NCBI RefSeq assembly: GCF_009914755.1
Contig: NC_060930.1
Origin: the human T2T-CHM13v2.0 reference genome, Homo sapiens
Length of the DNA stretch: 64,000 nt
Direction: 5' to 3' (one strand)
The notes below the pieces were generated by a model, which worked only from the letters and a program-made list of their open reading frames with translations, searched no databases and was not told where the DNA came from. The position numbers and the translations under genes were made by a program. Below are positions 1-13,129 of the stretch, one piece after another. How positions within the stretch are numbered: position 1 is the first letter of the stretch; every line of letters begins with the position of its first letter.

Positions 1-1239
1 ACGATAGGTCATATCTTTGGATTTAATCATCATCTCTGCATAAACCTAATACCTGAAATTGAATTAATAGGCTAATAATGAACTGCTTCATTTGAATATA
101 ATTGATGTCTTCCAGCTAAAATTCGCTGTATTTTGAATTTAATGATACCTTGTGCATTTCATTTTCTGATTTTTCATAAGAAGTAGAATCTTCCTTTCAT
201 ATCACATTTTTTTCCTTTTTAGTTTCTCTGAGTATTCTTCCTTAGTTGTTCTGACCCATAGAAAAGTGAAAAATAATAGTCTCATTTTTCTGCTTTTCTT
301 TGCTTTTTGTACCAAGCTAATTCAAGTGAACTAGTATATACTAAGTATATATTTTGTCAGGCAACTAGTATCAGAGAATGAGACAGTTAGAAAGTGCTTT
401 AATTTGGCATCCACTAGCAGTCTTTACCTTTAGGTTCACAAAGTAACAGATTATGTTATGCCTGAATCAAGCTACTTTGCTGAAATACTCTATTCAAAGA
501 TAGCAAGAACAAAAACACAATAACATACAGTCCTTCTTGTTAGAAAACACATGAGAGCCTTCCTTTAAAAATAATCATTTACCTAGCTATTTTATGTCAT
601 TGTAATTTGGTTTTGAACTCTTGGCTTGGTAATAACATACCATCATCAACTTAGTAAGATGCCGACAAGATTGCTCTTATATGCTTGCTCCTGCCATTGT
701 CACACCTAACTGGTCCTCAGTCCAAGTCTTTATCATATTTCCTGGCTATACCTCCTAAGACGTAAGTTTTCATTCTGAATGAGTTAAAACATAGACTAAA
801 TACAAGTGATATTCTTCCTGTAAATGTGTGTATTGTACAGGATAACTTCCAGTAACATTTTCCATGCAGAATTTAATTGCTAGAGAGCTTTTGTCTTCTA
901 TCTACCAAATATTTTTTTTTCTTGTGCTTTTTGGATAATAAGGCACATGAACCTACTAACACATAGAGTATAAATAATACTAAACTGAATTTTTAAAGAT
1001 AGACTATATGAAACCAAATTCATATGTCTGATTTATTATACATTCCTGTCTCTTTACATAATAAATCAACAGACTTACAGAGAAACTGCAGACTTCACAA
1101 TTTTGCTTGACAACGTGGAGGATAAGGAATGAATGTAAAATATCATCCCTGTATGAAAGGAAACTGAATAAAAGATCACAATCTATATATTCCAGCAACA
1201 GGGAAATGTTCAAGATATTAAAGCTAAATTGCTGTTCTT

Positions 1240-1690
1240 GTTAATGTCTAAGAGATTTCTCAAACTTAACACTGAGCTAAAATCCTGTTTTTACTTCCCA
1301 AAACCTCTTTCCTCACAGTCTTCCACCTGTTGATTAACAGCAAGTTAACTTCCCTTTGAAATCATTTTTGACTCCTCTCCCTTTTTGCAGACATCCAATC
1401 TAAAAGTAAATCTTGCAGAATTCACTGATAGAATGTGTCTAGGATCCAGAAACTTCTGACCACCCTCATTGTTACTGCCCTGGCCCAAGCTACCACCATT
1501 TCTCATCCACATCATTGTTATAGTCTCCCAAACAGTATCTCTTTTACCTTCTCCACAATAGTCAAGTCTCACCCAGCAGCCCAAGTGATTGTACGAAAAT
1601 TAAAATCACATTATGCCTTATGCTAAAATCTTCCCTGTGGCTTTTTGTTCCACCAAGTAAAACCCAAAAGCTATACAACGTTTACATGTT
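1240..1690 (+). mobile_element. L2 LINE fragment (3' region)
   Basis: Diverged match to remembered L2 motifs: ctcaaacttaac...tgactcctctc...acatccaatc...gcccaagctaccaccatttctc...aaaacccaaa. Confidence 0.75.
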
Positions 1691-1914
1691 TGTTCAGGAC
1701 CTAGGTTTTTAGAAATCATGACCAGAAACTTTTTGCAAGAAGAAAAAATAAAGTCAATAATTCATTACAAGTTGATTATAATATCGTATTCATGGTTCAG
1801 ATAAATCATCTTTCTTTTGAAAAATGTGTATTTGAGAATAGACATCTCAAACACTTGTGAACTGAAGAATAAAACATTGTTTCTAAGTCCCATGGAGGGG
1901 GCAGGGCCGGCGGG

Positions 1915-2062
1915 GGGGTGCTTTAAAAAAATTCTGATACTAGGGCTCTACTCCCGATCAATTAAATCAAAATCTCTTTGGATGAAGCCAAAGAATAGTT
2001 ACATTTTTACAATCTCTTTGAATAATTCTGCTATGTTTCCAAAGTTAAGAACTACTGCTCCA
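1915..2062. mobile_element. MER5-like hAT-Charlie DNA transposon fragment
   Basis: tgctttaaaaaaattctgatactagggc...aaatcaaaatctct...taattctgctatg...aagttaagaactactgctc resembles MER5A. Confidence 0.6.
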
Positions 2063-2994
2063 AATGGGGCATGAATGAAGATACAAGTCAGTTGCCTGTT
2101 ACTTATTTTTGTAAAGCATTCACTAGAAACAGAAACATACAAAATTTCTAGCAAGAGAAAGCTTTAACTGCCATAATTTTCAGCTGAGTAACTTAGGTAA
2201 TTGGAAACTTCAAATGCTACAATGTGGAAAGCAATGATGTAAAACATTCCAGAAAGAATACGGTAAACAATTAATTTAGTTACCATGATGGTTCCTGGAG
2301 ATGTAACAGGTATTGTTAGAACTTCAGTACTTATAATAAAATCAATTTTAAGTCAATATATAAAAAAATGCCCCTTTTTAATGTCTACAAGTGCACAGAG
2401 TCGAACATTAAAATAAATTTATTTTTTGCCATTGTACCTCTCCTGGCACTACTTGGAACAGTAAAGAACTCTAAAACTTGCTATTATTACAAATGAGATT
2501 CCCTTATGCCAGCTGGGTCTACATGCTATTAAAAATATATATTTTTAAAATTTTCAATAAGGTGGACAAATCAGTAAAGCCCAAGTCTGGCTCAAGGACC
2601 TAGTTACCCTACCACAGAGGATTTTTTTTTATTGATCAAGTTATTTCTTCTATTGATGGTACCAGATGGATTCTTGGATGAAACTGAATGACAAGTATGT
2701 CTCTGCCAGCAAGAAAATGGCGATGGGCTCCCTGCTATTTTCTGCTATAGCCACATCTTCAAATAAGAAGGAAGCGTCAATAACTCCAACCTACCTTATG
2801 TCTCCTCACATCAATTCATTGGGAAAAATCTCTATAGTCTATCAGTTAAAAATTGAAATAACAAATCACCTGTGAAGCAACAAGATCCAGAATTTTTTTT
2901 TCTATTTTAAATATAAGCAGACATTTCTGTTTACAATGATAAAGTAATAATACTACTTGATCTCTTTTTCATGCCAGGTAATAGAGGTAATAGA

Positions 2995-3185
2995 GTTCAA
3001 TCAATGGTTAAAAGCCTGGGTTTGATTATTGTATCTTGTGTGAGTTGCTTGACCCCTTTGCACTTCAATTTCATTCGCTGTACAATGAAGATGATATAAT
3101 AATATCTACTTCAGAAATCTGAGAAAATTAATCATGACATATGTATAGCATATAGAAGAGTGCCTGGCACATGGTAAGTGATGTA
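2995..3185 (+). mobile_element. MIR SINE
   Basis: Core-like cttcaatttcattcgctgtacaatgaagatgat and 3' end agtgcctggcacatggtaagtg. Confidence 0.7.
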
Positions 3186-5104
3186 TACATAGGTACATGG
3201 CCACGTGGTTATTGACTTTGCAGTGCACTAGCCAACCTCCCTCAGAGTAGGTCTCCTCTGCTTTTTCCACGGGGAAAATCTCATATCCCAAAGTCACATC
3301 AACAAGCTGATAAACTCTGGCCTAATGGAGAGCTGCCCACCTCTCCTTCTTCATCTGTGCTGGTCACCATTGTCTATTTAAACAACTGTTGTGTGGGAAA
3401 ATACATTGGCCCATCAAAACATTCTAATCAAAACATTCACTATGTTTCTAATGTTTTGCCATCAAGAAGAGATACAGCCTAAGGGTAAGTAGTTAAGCTA
3501 ATTACTTTCAGGATCACTCAACAATCAACGAACAGGCTCTGTTCAACATATGAAAAATGCTGGTACTTAGGAACACAGTGCACAATTTATGGTATGATGG
3601 TTGAGAGTTGTCAACTGGCGAAATGAGAGTAAAGTATACCATGAAAAGTGCCCTTAATTTTCAAGAAAAAAAATTATTGTATTCAAATTGCACAGATTAC
3701 CAAAATTAGAGCTGCTGTATTTGAATCTCAACTTTGTCTACATACTAGTCATTTAAATTTTGTCCTATTTTGCATGCATAGTTTTAAGATATTATTTATA
3801 GTTTTCTTCCATTCACATGTAATGTATATTAGAATTTATGAGATATGTAATTTATTTAAGCAATTATTGACTTGGTATGAATGTTTATTTTCCTATTTCT
3901 CCTCTAAAGGATGGGAATTAATTTTAGTTGTTGCCCAACCCATGAGTTTTCATCTAAAAAAGTTACTTTAAATATAACCTATTGAAGTATACAATTTCTC
4001 TATTGTTCCTTTGTCTCTATCTTCAGGCCTCCTTAAACCTTCTCACTTTTCTGTCATTTATTTCTAGAATTCAGTTGCTCAAAGCTGACAATTGAACTGT
4101 TGAAAGTGTAAAACCATCTCCACCCTGTCTATGAGGATCCTTCCTTAGCAGGCGACAGTTACATCAGTCTTAATTTATTGACACCACACATGGCAAAATC
4201 ATTTGCCCTCTGGTTTCATCTATGTCTCTTTTGGCAATACAGTAGTCTTCTGCTCATAAAATATTTGAGTTTGGGATTATTATTTCTCCAATTATTAATC
4301 TATTTTGCATTTTTTCCTGTAAAAATTCATTTTCATTGTCGATTTCCCAAACTGCCAATCCATGCTCACTTATTTTTTTCCAAATTCATCTGTAATATTT
4401 GTTTCCTAACACTTATTTTCAAAAAAACATAAAAATATTAATGAATAAAGCCTTATTAATTTTAGAGCATATTCCCCTTGAAACCTTGTAGGATCTAAAG
4501 CCACTATTTAAGTACAAGAGAAGGAAAACTGAATTTTTGAATAAAATACAAGTAATGATGTAAAAGAGATGAAAATATTACATACCCTTTTTTAAGAACT
4601 GGTGATAGAATTAATTTTAAAAAATGATAAAAATGAAGGAGTTGTTAAAATCATACGTTGAATCTTCCAAATAGTGTCCAGAGACTCTAGATCTATCTGC
4701 GAATATCTAGAAAAGCTCAGTCATAGAATCTTATATTTAAAGGAATATTAGATGAAATTTCAAATGAAAATCTCAACCTAAAACCTGCTTCATTGTTAAC
4801 GTATCTGTACTGATCTTTCTGCCACACAGTGAAACTCATAACAAGTCTACACCTGCTTCCTCAAATGCTTATAGATTGCTATTTTAATTTCCATTTCCAC
4901 TTCTTTCATCTTTTGATGTGATTTTAAAATCCCGTACCGTCTTGATAGCTAGCCTTGAACACACACTATTTTTAACATGTATTTTTAAATGTGATACTTG
5001 AAATTAAACACTTGACTCTAGATGATCTTTAATTGGTATTGTGAATGATACAGTCAATTGACACTGCCAGGCCACCACTTGCATTATGAATGATGCCACT
5101 TGGA

Positions 5105-5730
5105 GTTATACAGCATAACGGCCCTGGTTGGCACTCAGCAATTATTCCCACCTCCTTCAAGTATGTTGTCCAGTACTCCAAGGAGTAGAAATCTTAAAAC
5201 TTCATTTCTCAGATATTCTTGCAGTTAGAATTTTAGCTGAAAAACAGATCTATCAATTAAAAGCAATCATGAGATATTTGGAATGCATAAATGAAGTGGA
5301 GGCCACCTTCCTATCGCTTCTGTGTTCTGTTGCCAGGAATGTTTACAGAGATTCCAGCATCCAATCACCAACCTCATGAGTATTGAGAGACACACTTATA
5401 ACTGAGGCAGCTGGGCTCCACATAGAGTGTTCAGGCAGTTGCAGTAATTGTTCCTTCTGGATCCTGACTGCAGCTGCAGTAGCATATTCTTGAATTCACT
5501 CTTTTCAGTGACAACCTCCTTATTCCCCATCTTTCTTGATTAAAGGAGAGATAATAGCTCCTCTAACAGGTGAGTCCATGGTATTCTATGAGTCACTCCT
5601 AGGAGACCAGGGCGGCTTCCATTTCCCCAGCTCATCTAACAATTACCATTATACTTGACTGTATGTAAATCATTTTCTGCTTAAAATGCATAATATATCT
5701 TCTGTTTTCTTCACTAGACACTGTTTTTCA
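5105..5730 (+). mobile_element. LTR33-family ERVL solo LTR
   Basis: aaaacttcatttctcagatattcttgcagttag...gaagtggaggccaccttcct...gagtcactcctaggag...ttttctgcttaaaatg...tctgttttc follows the remembered LTR33 motif order. Confidence 0.65.
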
Positions 5731-6078
5731 TAAATACAAATTAGACTATTATGTACCAGGACTCAAACTCTGTACTTCTATTACACAGAAATTATCACAA
5801 TTTACTTATACATATTTAAATTGAATAATGATATTTTACTAAACTCTGCAGCCTTTTGGCTGTGTTTGTGGGCAAGAAGTCTCCAGTGCTTAAAAGAAAG
5901 CCCCTGGAGATGACAGGTACAAGCATTTAGCAGCAATGCACAGAGAAGCTGAGAGACAGACCTGGTGAAAGGGATCCAAGGGGCATTAACCGTGTCTGTT
6001 ACACAACTTTTGAATCATGTGAAAATTGATGAGTCAAGTCTGTACATTAACCAAAGTCTTGAAAAAAATGTTTTCCAG

Positions 6079-6390
6079 AGTCTGGGCATGCATGGCAGCT
6101 CACACTTGCATTTTGGGAGGCCGAGGTGGGAGGAATGCTTGAAGCCAGGATTTCGAGGCCAGTCTGGGCAAAAACGCGAGACACCCGTCTCTACAAAAAA
6201 TGTTTTTTTAAAAAAATTTTAAGTTGTTGGGCATGGTGGCATGTGCCTGTAGAATCTCCTACCCAGGAGACCGAGACAGAAGGATTGTGTGAGCTTAGTG
6301 GTTTGAAAGCTGCAGTGGGCCATGATCATGCCACTGCACTCCAGCCTGGGTGACAGAGACAGATGCTGTCTCTTAAAAAAAAAAAATAAA
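6079..6390 (+). mobile_element. Alu, old (AluJ-like)
   Basis: Dimeric Alu with ttttgggaggccgaggtgggagg, A-rich linker, gccactgcactccagcctgggtgacagag and A tail; degenerate TSD (aaatgttttccag / aaagtttttctag). Confidence 0.95.
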
Positions 6391-7234
6391 GTTTTTCTAG
6401 GACTAGGTCCATCCTAGAAAATTCTACTTAAAAATTTTATTAAAAAGAATATAATATGGTGAACAGGAAACCATATTATAACTATTCCACTCTATAGTAG
6501 TCACAAAGTAGGTAGCTAGGGTGGGTAAGTAATCAGAATTAGTGTTATTCTAAGAAACAAACTTTGGTCCCAGCCCTAAAGACTTATCATCTCTAACTAG
6601 AATGAGATAATCTTGACCATTCTAATATTGATACAGTCAATGTCTAGTTTCAAGATCATATCTAAAAAAGAGTTCCACACCATATAATATCACCTGAAGA
6701 CTCAGAAGTGTCAGCCATGAGGCCGAGCTTTTTCAGTCTTCCTATTTGATAATCCAGAAAATGAATGAGGAAAATGCTCTCAAATTTACAAGTGTTACTA
6801 AACTAGGTTAGACTGTTAATTCTTGAACTACAATTCAAAATGGTCTTGACGAGAAAGAGCTTCTTGTATTTACATGTGTTGGGGACATGTGTTAGAATTT
6901 GAGTAATACACACACAAGTGTGTGGGAAAACACGTATAATAATTGAAGTATGTGTAATAGCAAACATTACTTTTAACAGATGAAAATTTTTCAGAGTCCA
7001 GAGGGCAGTCAGAGAGAAAGAAAATAGATGTTTGGGATATAAATTAAGTTCAAGATACTAACAAGAAAAGTAGAAGAAATTGTTATCTTCAAATTCAAAA
7101 AGGGTTATATTATGAATAAAAATCATAAGAGAATAAGTGGAAATAAGCTGGTTTAATTAAGGCACAAGGGGAAAAGGAAAAAAATAAGTAGATCCCTGAG
7201 GTGAGGTTGGGAAGCAGAATCATTGGCAGCTAGT

Positions 7235-8085
7235 GTTCAGTGCCAGTTGTCTTCAATTAACCCCTCAAGTTTTACTCTCTACCCTTCTCCACCTGCTCTC
7301 TACCCTCTACTTTATTTATTTATTTGGAGACAGGCTCTTGCTCTGTTGCCCAGGTTGGAGTGCAGTGGTGATCATGTCTCACTGCAGCCTCAACTTCCCC
7401 AGGCTCAGGTGTTCCTCCCACCTTAGCCTCCCAAGTAGCTGGGACTACAGGCACGCACCACCATGCCCTGCTAATTTTTGTATTTTTTGTAGAGACGGGG
7501 TTTTGCCATGTCATGCAGGTTGGTCTCAAACTCTTAGGCTCAAGCAATTTGCCCATTTTGGCCTCCCACAGTGCTGGGATTATAGGCATGAGCCACCGCA
7601 CCTGGTTCACCTACAATCTACCTTGGAGATGGATCTCCAATGGACTCCATCAACACTCCCCTTTCTCCCCATCTCAACACCTCTACCCTCTGGCTTCCAG
7701 TTAGATTTCAACTCAGGCAATGTGGAGCCTCAGCAGGAGATCAGAGGGAGAGGGCAAAGCAAGGCCATGGAATTTATTCCCTTGGCCCTATCTCGTAAGT
7801 TATCTTGGAGATAATTGTGTCACCCCACTGAAAGCCACTGCTTCTCTCAAGGCCTCGTAATTCACATGAGTCTGTCCTTTCAGATTCCAAGAAACCATCC
7901 CTCCGCACATCCCTTCCCACCTAGGTGTGATAATAGTGCAGCTACAATCAGCCCAGGTTACTGCAGTATCCCATGAATTTTTCCTACAGCTACAGAGGAT
8001 AAATCACTCATTTTTAAGTAAATACCTGTCTAATTTTCTTACTTTGGATGTGCCATCTATTTCCTGTTGGAATCTGACGGGTATG
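7235..8085 (+). mobile_element. LTR33A-like ERVL solo LTR, interrupted by an Alu
   Basis: acccttctccacctgctct | Alu | ...ccctctggcttccagttag...caggagatcagaggg...atttattcccttggc...tgtgccatctatttcctgttggaatctgac. Confidence 0.65.
7311..7607 (-). mobile_element. Alu (AluJ-like)
   Basis: Reverse-complement Alu: (ttta)n tail, ctctgttgcccaggttggagtgcagtgg ... gtgctgggattataggcatgagccaccgcacctgg. Confidence 0.95.
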
Positions 8086-10689
8086 GGGTTCCTGTGATAG
8101 CACATGAGGTAGCATGAGAGCCAGATGAGGCTACCACATCCTCTTCTCTGCTCTTTGTTAGAAACTACGCTGACTTTATTATTATGCACCACCTAGAGAC
8201 AAAAACAACTGACAGCAAATTTCTTTGCTCCAGTCACTTCTATCCCTAACCACCATTCCCTTGGAATCCAGAAAGCAATTACCTACCACATTTGAGAGAC
8301 TGCCGACCTCTATTTTAGACATCAACCTGACTGAGTGGTTTTGAGAATATATTTTCTTCGAATAAAGCTTTTTAAAAAATCTTGTAAGTGCTGCCACTTC
8401 CCATTTTGCATATACTTCAGGAACCATTTATGCAGGAGCCATTTATGGATGCTTTTCTCCAGAAATCTTAAGTTTTCTCTTAGTACAACAGCTGTTTTTA
8501 TCTGGACATCTGCATAAAAATGCAAAATATTTATTTTTTTATACTGTTAGTTTAATCTAAACCGGTGTAAAATATTTTATGGCCTAACTTCTTAGTCTTT
8601 TAACTTTCTTTCCAAAATAAATATGTCCTGTGGCTCTTTGGTCTCACTTTTACAATCATCAGCTTTCATTATTGGCTTTTCTCCATGTGGAAAGGAATTG
8701 GATTTAATTCCTTACAAAACGAAATTTTGAAAAATGTATTTGCCAGTGGTTCAACCTTAGCCAGAATGGATGATTCTAGATTTGGCTTCATTGTTCTGGT
8801 TCTGGGTCAAAACGGATTTGTCCAACATCTATTTGGAAAAGCATTAATATGTGATTGGAACATTTTGAAAGGCAGGCTAGTGACAGTCCTGGCTTTGTTT
8901 CTCCCGACATCTTGAATCGTCATTGCCTGAAGAAGAGTCCATCAACTGCCTCAGAAACAAAGAGGGGCCAGGAATGAATGTGTTCATTATATCGAAGGGT
9001 TTCAAAAAAACAGGGACAAGGGTGAGAATGAATAGGGGGTTGAAATTAGAATATTCTTTCCATATGTAGGAATTCCATAATGAACATTATGGAATATTAG
9101 GCACTGAAAGGAACAGACCATGAGAGAAATGCATATTATAATCTTATCCTTCTAAGAATATAAAAAATCATTTTACCCAATTAAAGGGAAAACTCAATTT
9201 GTCTTTTAAATAGTCATCATCTATATTAATCCAAGATTATTAATATTTCTTGGTACAACAAATAAATTTTTCTGGTCCCCTAGTTTCAAAGGTTATATAT
9301 ATTTATGGAAGAATAAAAATATAAAAACACTTTTCTTAAAGAAGTAAAATGTTGCAAATATTAATCACTTTCCCTTGTTATAACAAGTAATGAGCATGTC
9401 TTTCAGGGAATGTAACAGCATGTTGTATCAGGTGATATTAAAGAATATAAAATAAATCTTGCTCTCCAAGAACCAATAATCTAAACAAATATTTTTTATT
9501 ACAAATCACACATATTACCATGTGATCTCAAAGAAAATATTCTCCACACCTCAAACATACACCAAGTGATGAACTAACCTTCCTTTCTAGGGCTGAATGG
9601 CTGCAGAAAACCAGCCTTTCTATGTTTTATTTAGATAAAGATAGCAGATTTAGCGTCTCCACAAAGCTCTTTGTCAAGGTAGGTGTATGTCACTGATCTC
9701 TAGCATGTGACAGCTAAAACAAACCCTTGTCAACACAAGTGTCACATGGTTTTAAATGGTGTCATCACAGCACATATATCAACTTAAAAGAAATTATGAC
9801 TGTCACGTTAAATTTACAGTGTTCACAGAGTAGATTTGTGTATATTATATAATAGCAACAATTTACAGAAAGTTTATATTGATAAGTGAAACCTTTTAAA
9901 ACAGTTTATAAAATTTATTTTAATAATGTGACTTTTCCATTAATCCTTTATAAGACCTCTTTCAATTAATAAACTAATTAATACATTTGAAATAGGACTA
10001 AATCAAAAAATAACATATCTGAATTTTAAAATAAAACATGTATTCCAATTTATTTTATTGTAATAATACTTTGTTAGTATTATGTCTCTTACTCTTTATA
10101 GATTATGCACTGAGAATATATTTCCCTTACTTAAACATATATAAATTGATAAAAATGACCACAAAGAAGGTGCAAATCGTGAGGTTAATCTGGTATGTCC
10201 AAAAGTCACTAACCTAATTTAGTTAAAATTTTTTTCAGGAAAAAATTTAAACATTAAAGTTTAAAATATATATATTTCTCTAGAAAAAAACATAGTCATA
10301 AATCATAGGGTAATTGTTGTTGTCAGATATTATCCAGACAACTCTGCTATCTCAGTATCCTGTCATTCCAGATGAAATATTTTTTCATTGTGTAACTTTC
10401 TTATGTAACTACAAAAACAATATGTTTTCACTAAAGACAATTTGAAAAATACAAAGAATAAAAAGACTTAAAAACCTCAACACAGTAAAAAAACAAAACA
10501 AAACAAAAAAAAACTATATTTTTACACATTTTATTCCAGAATTACTATGTCATGAACTAGGCTATAATAAAGTAAAATTTTGAAACAGAAACGGTTTTCT
10601 AGGTTTAGTGCTCAATTTTCTTTTGTTCCTTACTTTCTTAGGGATCTCCTTATTTTTACTATTTCAACTGATTTTTCTGTCTGTATAAC

Positions 10690-11470
10690 TTCCAATAACC
10701 TCCATTTTTAACTCTCATTTGAGCTCCAAGCAACATTCACATTTGCTTATTTGTTAGTCCTATCTAACTATCTCATTGGCATCTCAAATATCCAATATTG
10801 AACTCATTAACTTCCTTCCAAAAAGAAGTTCTTCCTCATGAGATTTCTAATAGTATAAATGAAATATCTTCTATTTCTAAGACATCTCAAAGTCACCTTT
10901 GATTTTCTTCTCTCCTTTATTTTCCTCTTTCAGTAATTGTGCAAATCTTTGTGGTATTCTGTCTCTGCAAATGACCTTATGCTATTCACTCCCACTGCAG
11001 TGATTCAGGTGTCATTATTTTTCTTTACACTTTTTTTTATTAAGTATACATACAGAAAGACACACAAAATATACATCTTTATTTGCAATGGATATATGCA
11101 AGTGAATAAATCCAAATATCCAAAACCAAGATCAGGAAGCTGAATTTCACCAGCACTCTAGGACTCCCTTTGTAATCTCTCTCAGTCTCTACTGCCCATA
11201 AGGGTAACCATTATCCTAACAGCTAATAACAGAGATTGTCTTTTTGCTGGTATTACTGAGATGACTTCTGAACTGAACATCCTGCCTCTAGAATCTCTCC
11301 CAATCAGTTACACTTATGGTCACCACAACTTTCTTCCTAGTGTACACATCTGTTGATGGTATTCTTTCCCAGATATCCACTCGTTCTTCACTGGATCACA
11401 GAATGAAATCTAACCTCATAGTATTGCATTCAGTGCCTCCCCACCTCCTCGTTCAATCTGGTATACCCTT
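10690..11470 (+). mobile_element. L2 fragment split by an L1M insertion
   Basis: ggcatctcaaatatcc...gaactcatt...gtcacctttgatttt before 11015; cctgcctctag...cagaatgaaatctaacctcatag after 11245. Confidence 0.55.
11020..11245 (-). mobile_element. Old L1M (L1ME-like) 3' end
   Basis: T-rich start, catacagaaaga...accaagatcaggaag...caccagcactctag...gggtaaccattatcctaac. Confidence 0.6.
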
Positions 11471-13114
11471 CTGATTTTTTCCATATCATTTGAAAGATCT
11501 GAGCACTAGTTACCACAAAAGGAAGCTAATTATACTGATTGAATATCAGTTACTGTCACAGTAATGACTTTAGTCCATGTAACATACATGGTTGATATTT
11601 GGGGAAGGGTAAGGGGTATTATGAAAAAAAGGGAAGTGCTTAAATCACATTTCCTCCTTTACATAGTTATAGAATAGGTCTGTATAAACAAAATAAAATG
11701 TTAGTAATTAGGTAAAAAGGGTCAAAGATAACTATTTTGTTCATTTGTTCATTCATTCAGCAATCGTTTAGAGGCATTATTTATAGGGTAAGATGAACAT
11801 GCAGATGCTGCCACAATTCCACAATATACCTGTCTTCACTTACACAGAGGTCTCCATTCTCCTCTGCCAGTGGTTTGGCACCTATGGAAATGCTAATTTC
11901 ATTTTAAAATAAGCAACCTCTTGAAAGAGCCATATTCATTTGCAAGCCTGTCTCTTGCCAGATATTCAAAAGCAGGTGCAACGGGGTCAGCTACCTCTGA
12001 GATATAAACAAAAGGTTTCATGTATGAGTCAGTGTGACCTTTACCAGCAGAAAACAGGAGGACCAGAGCTGAAAGCAGCAGCTTATGTATTTAGTTAATC
12101 CAGTTGCATGAATAAGCAGAGTGTAAAAGGTACAAGTGTTTTCAGTGAATGTAGATTAAATGTGGGCCTCATAGGGTTCGTTTTCAATATTCATAGATGA
12201 AACATATTACTCAGGCTAAAATTTCTTCTTCACGGACTCCTACCTCATGGACAGATGGATTCAAAGAATTATCATATTTCTCTATCTAAAAGTTGAGAAC
12301 TTTTCACCCAAAAAAATTCATCACCTATATAAGTAGATTTTAATGAGTCAAGTCGTTCAAACAACAAAATAATCTTTCTTTTGGCAAAGTAATAAAAAGT
12401 ACTCTGTTCTTTTAATAATTTGGAATTATTTCAAATACTTTCCTCATGCACTTCAGTGATTCTTCTTAAACCTTTCTGCAATTTACCTTTTCAAAATAAA
12501 AATTCTTGTTTAAAACTTTTTTTTTTCTAATTTCTTCTAGGAGGAAGACTTCCTATTGTAAATGCACATCAGCTAGTTTCAGAGAAAATTAAGCAGTGTT
12601 TGTTTCTGCTTGTGTACATTAATACTTAGAAATATCCTAGAAGATAATGAACTTAACTTCTCTTGGCATAAAGTACATAAACTGTGAGGAGTGCAGTCGA
12701 GGAGCTCTAGTCTAGTTTTCCGGACTTAACTGACCATACAGTTTTTCACTAGCAGATTTTTGGCACTAAAAAAAATATTGGTAGCAAGATTTTATCCCAA
12801 GAGAATTCAAAATATATTTAATTGCCAACAGCAGCATTAGGCCCATTTTGCCTTCTCTACAAATGACTTGCACAAAACAGACCCCCCTTAATCGTTCATT
12901 GAATACATTCACAAACTGCATGTATACATGTGTATACATATGTAAGTACGAAATGCTCAGGCCCATGCTGCTTGACATGTCATTGGAAAGAGGCCCACAG
13001 TGATCTGAGGACATTTTATAACCACCCCTGTGAGTTCTCCGGACTAACATTCATGTATAATGAGTAAGCATATGCTCCAATGCTTCCTCTGGCCATCATT
13101 CTGACAGCCCTCAA

Positions 13115-13129
13115 AGGTCACTGAGGTCA
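13115..13129 (+). promoter_or_regulatory. Perfect DR3 nuclear-receptor element (VDR/RXR-type)
   Basis: AGGTCA-ctg-AGGTCA read directly from the sequence; function untested. Confidence 0.4.

Noticed and set aside
7233-7814. 193-aa ORF, the longest in the window
   Set aside because: Read through an antisense Alu (typical [22 protein letters not shown] translation) plus LTR sequence; not a gene
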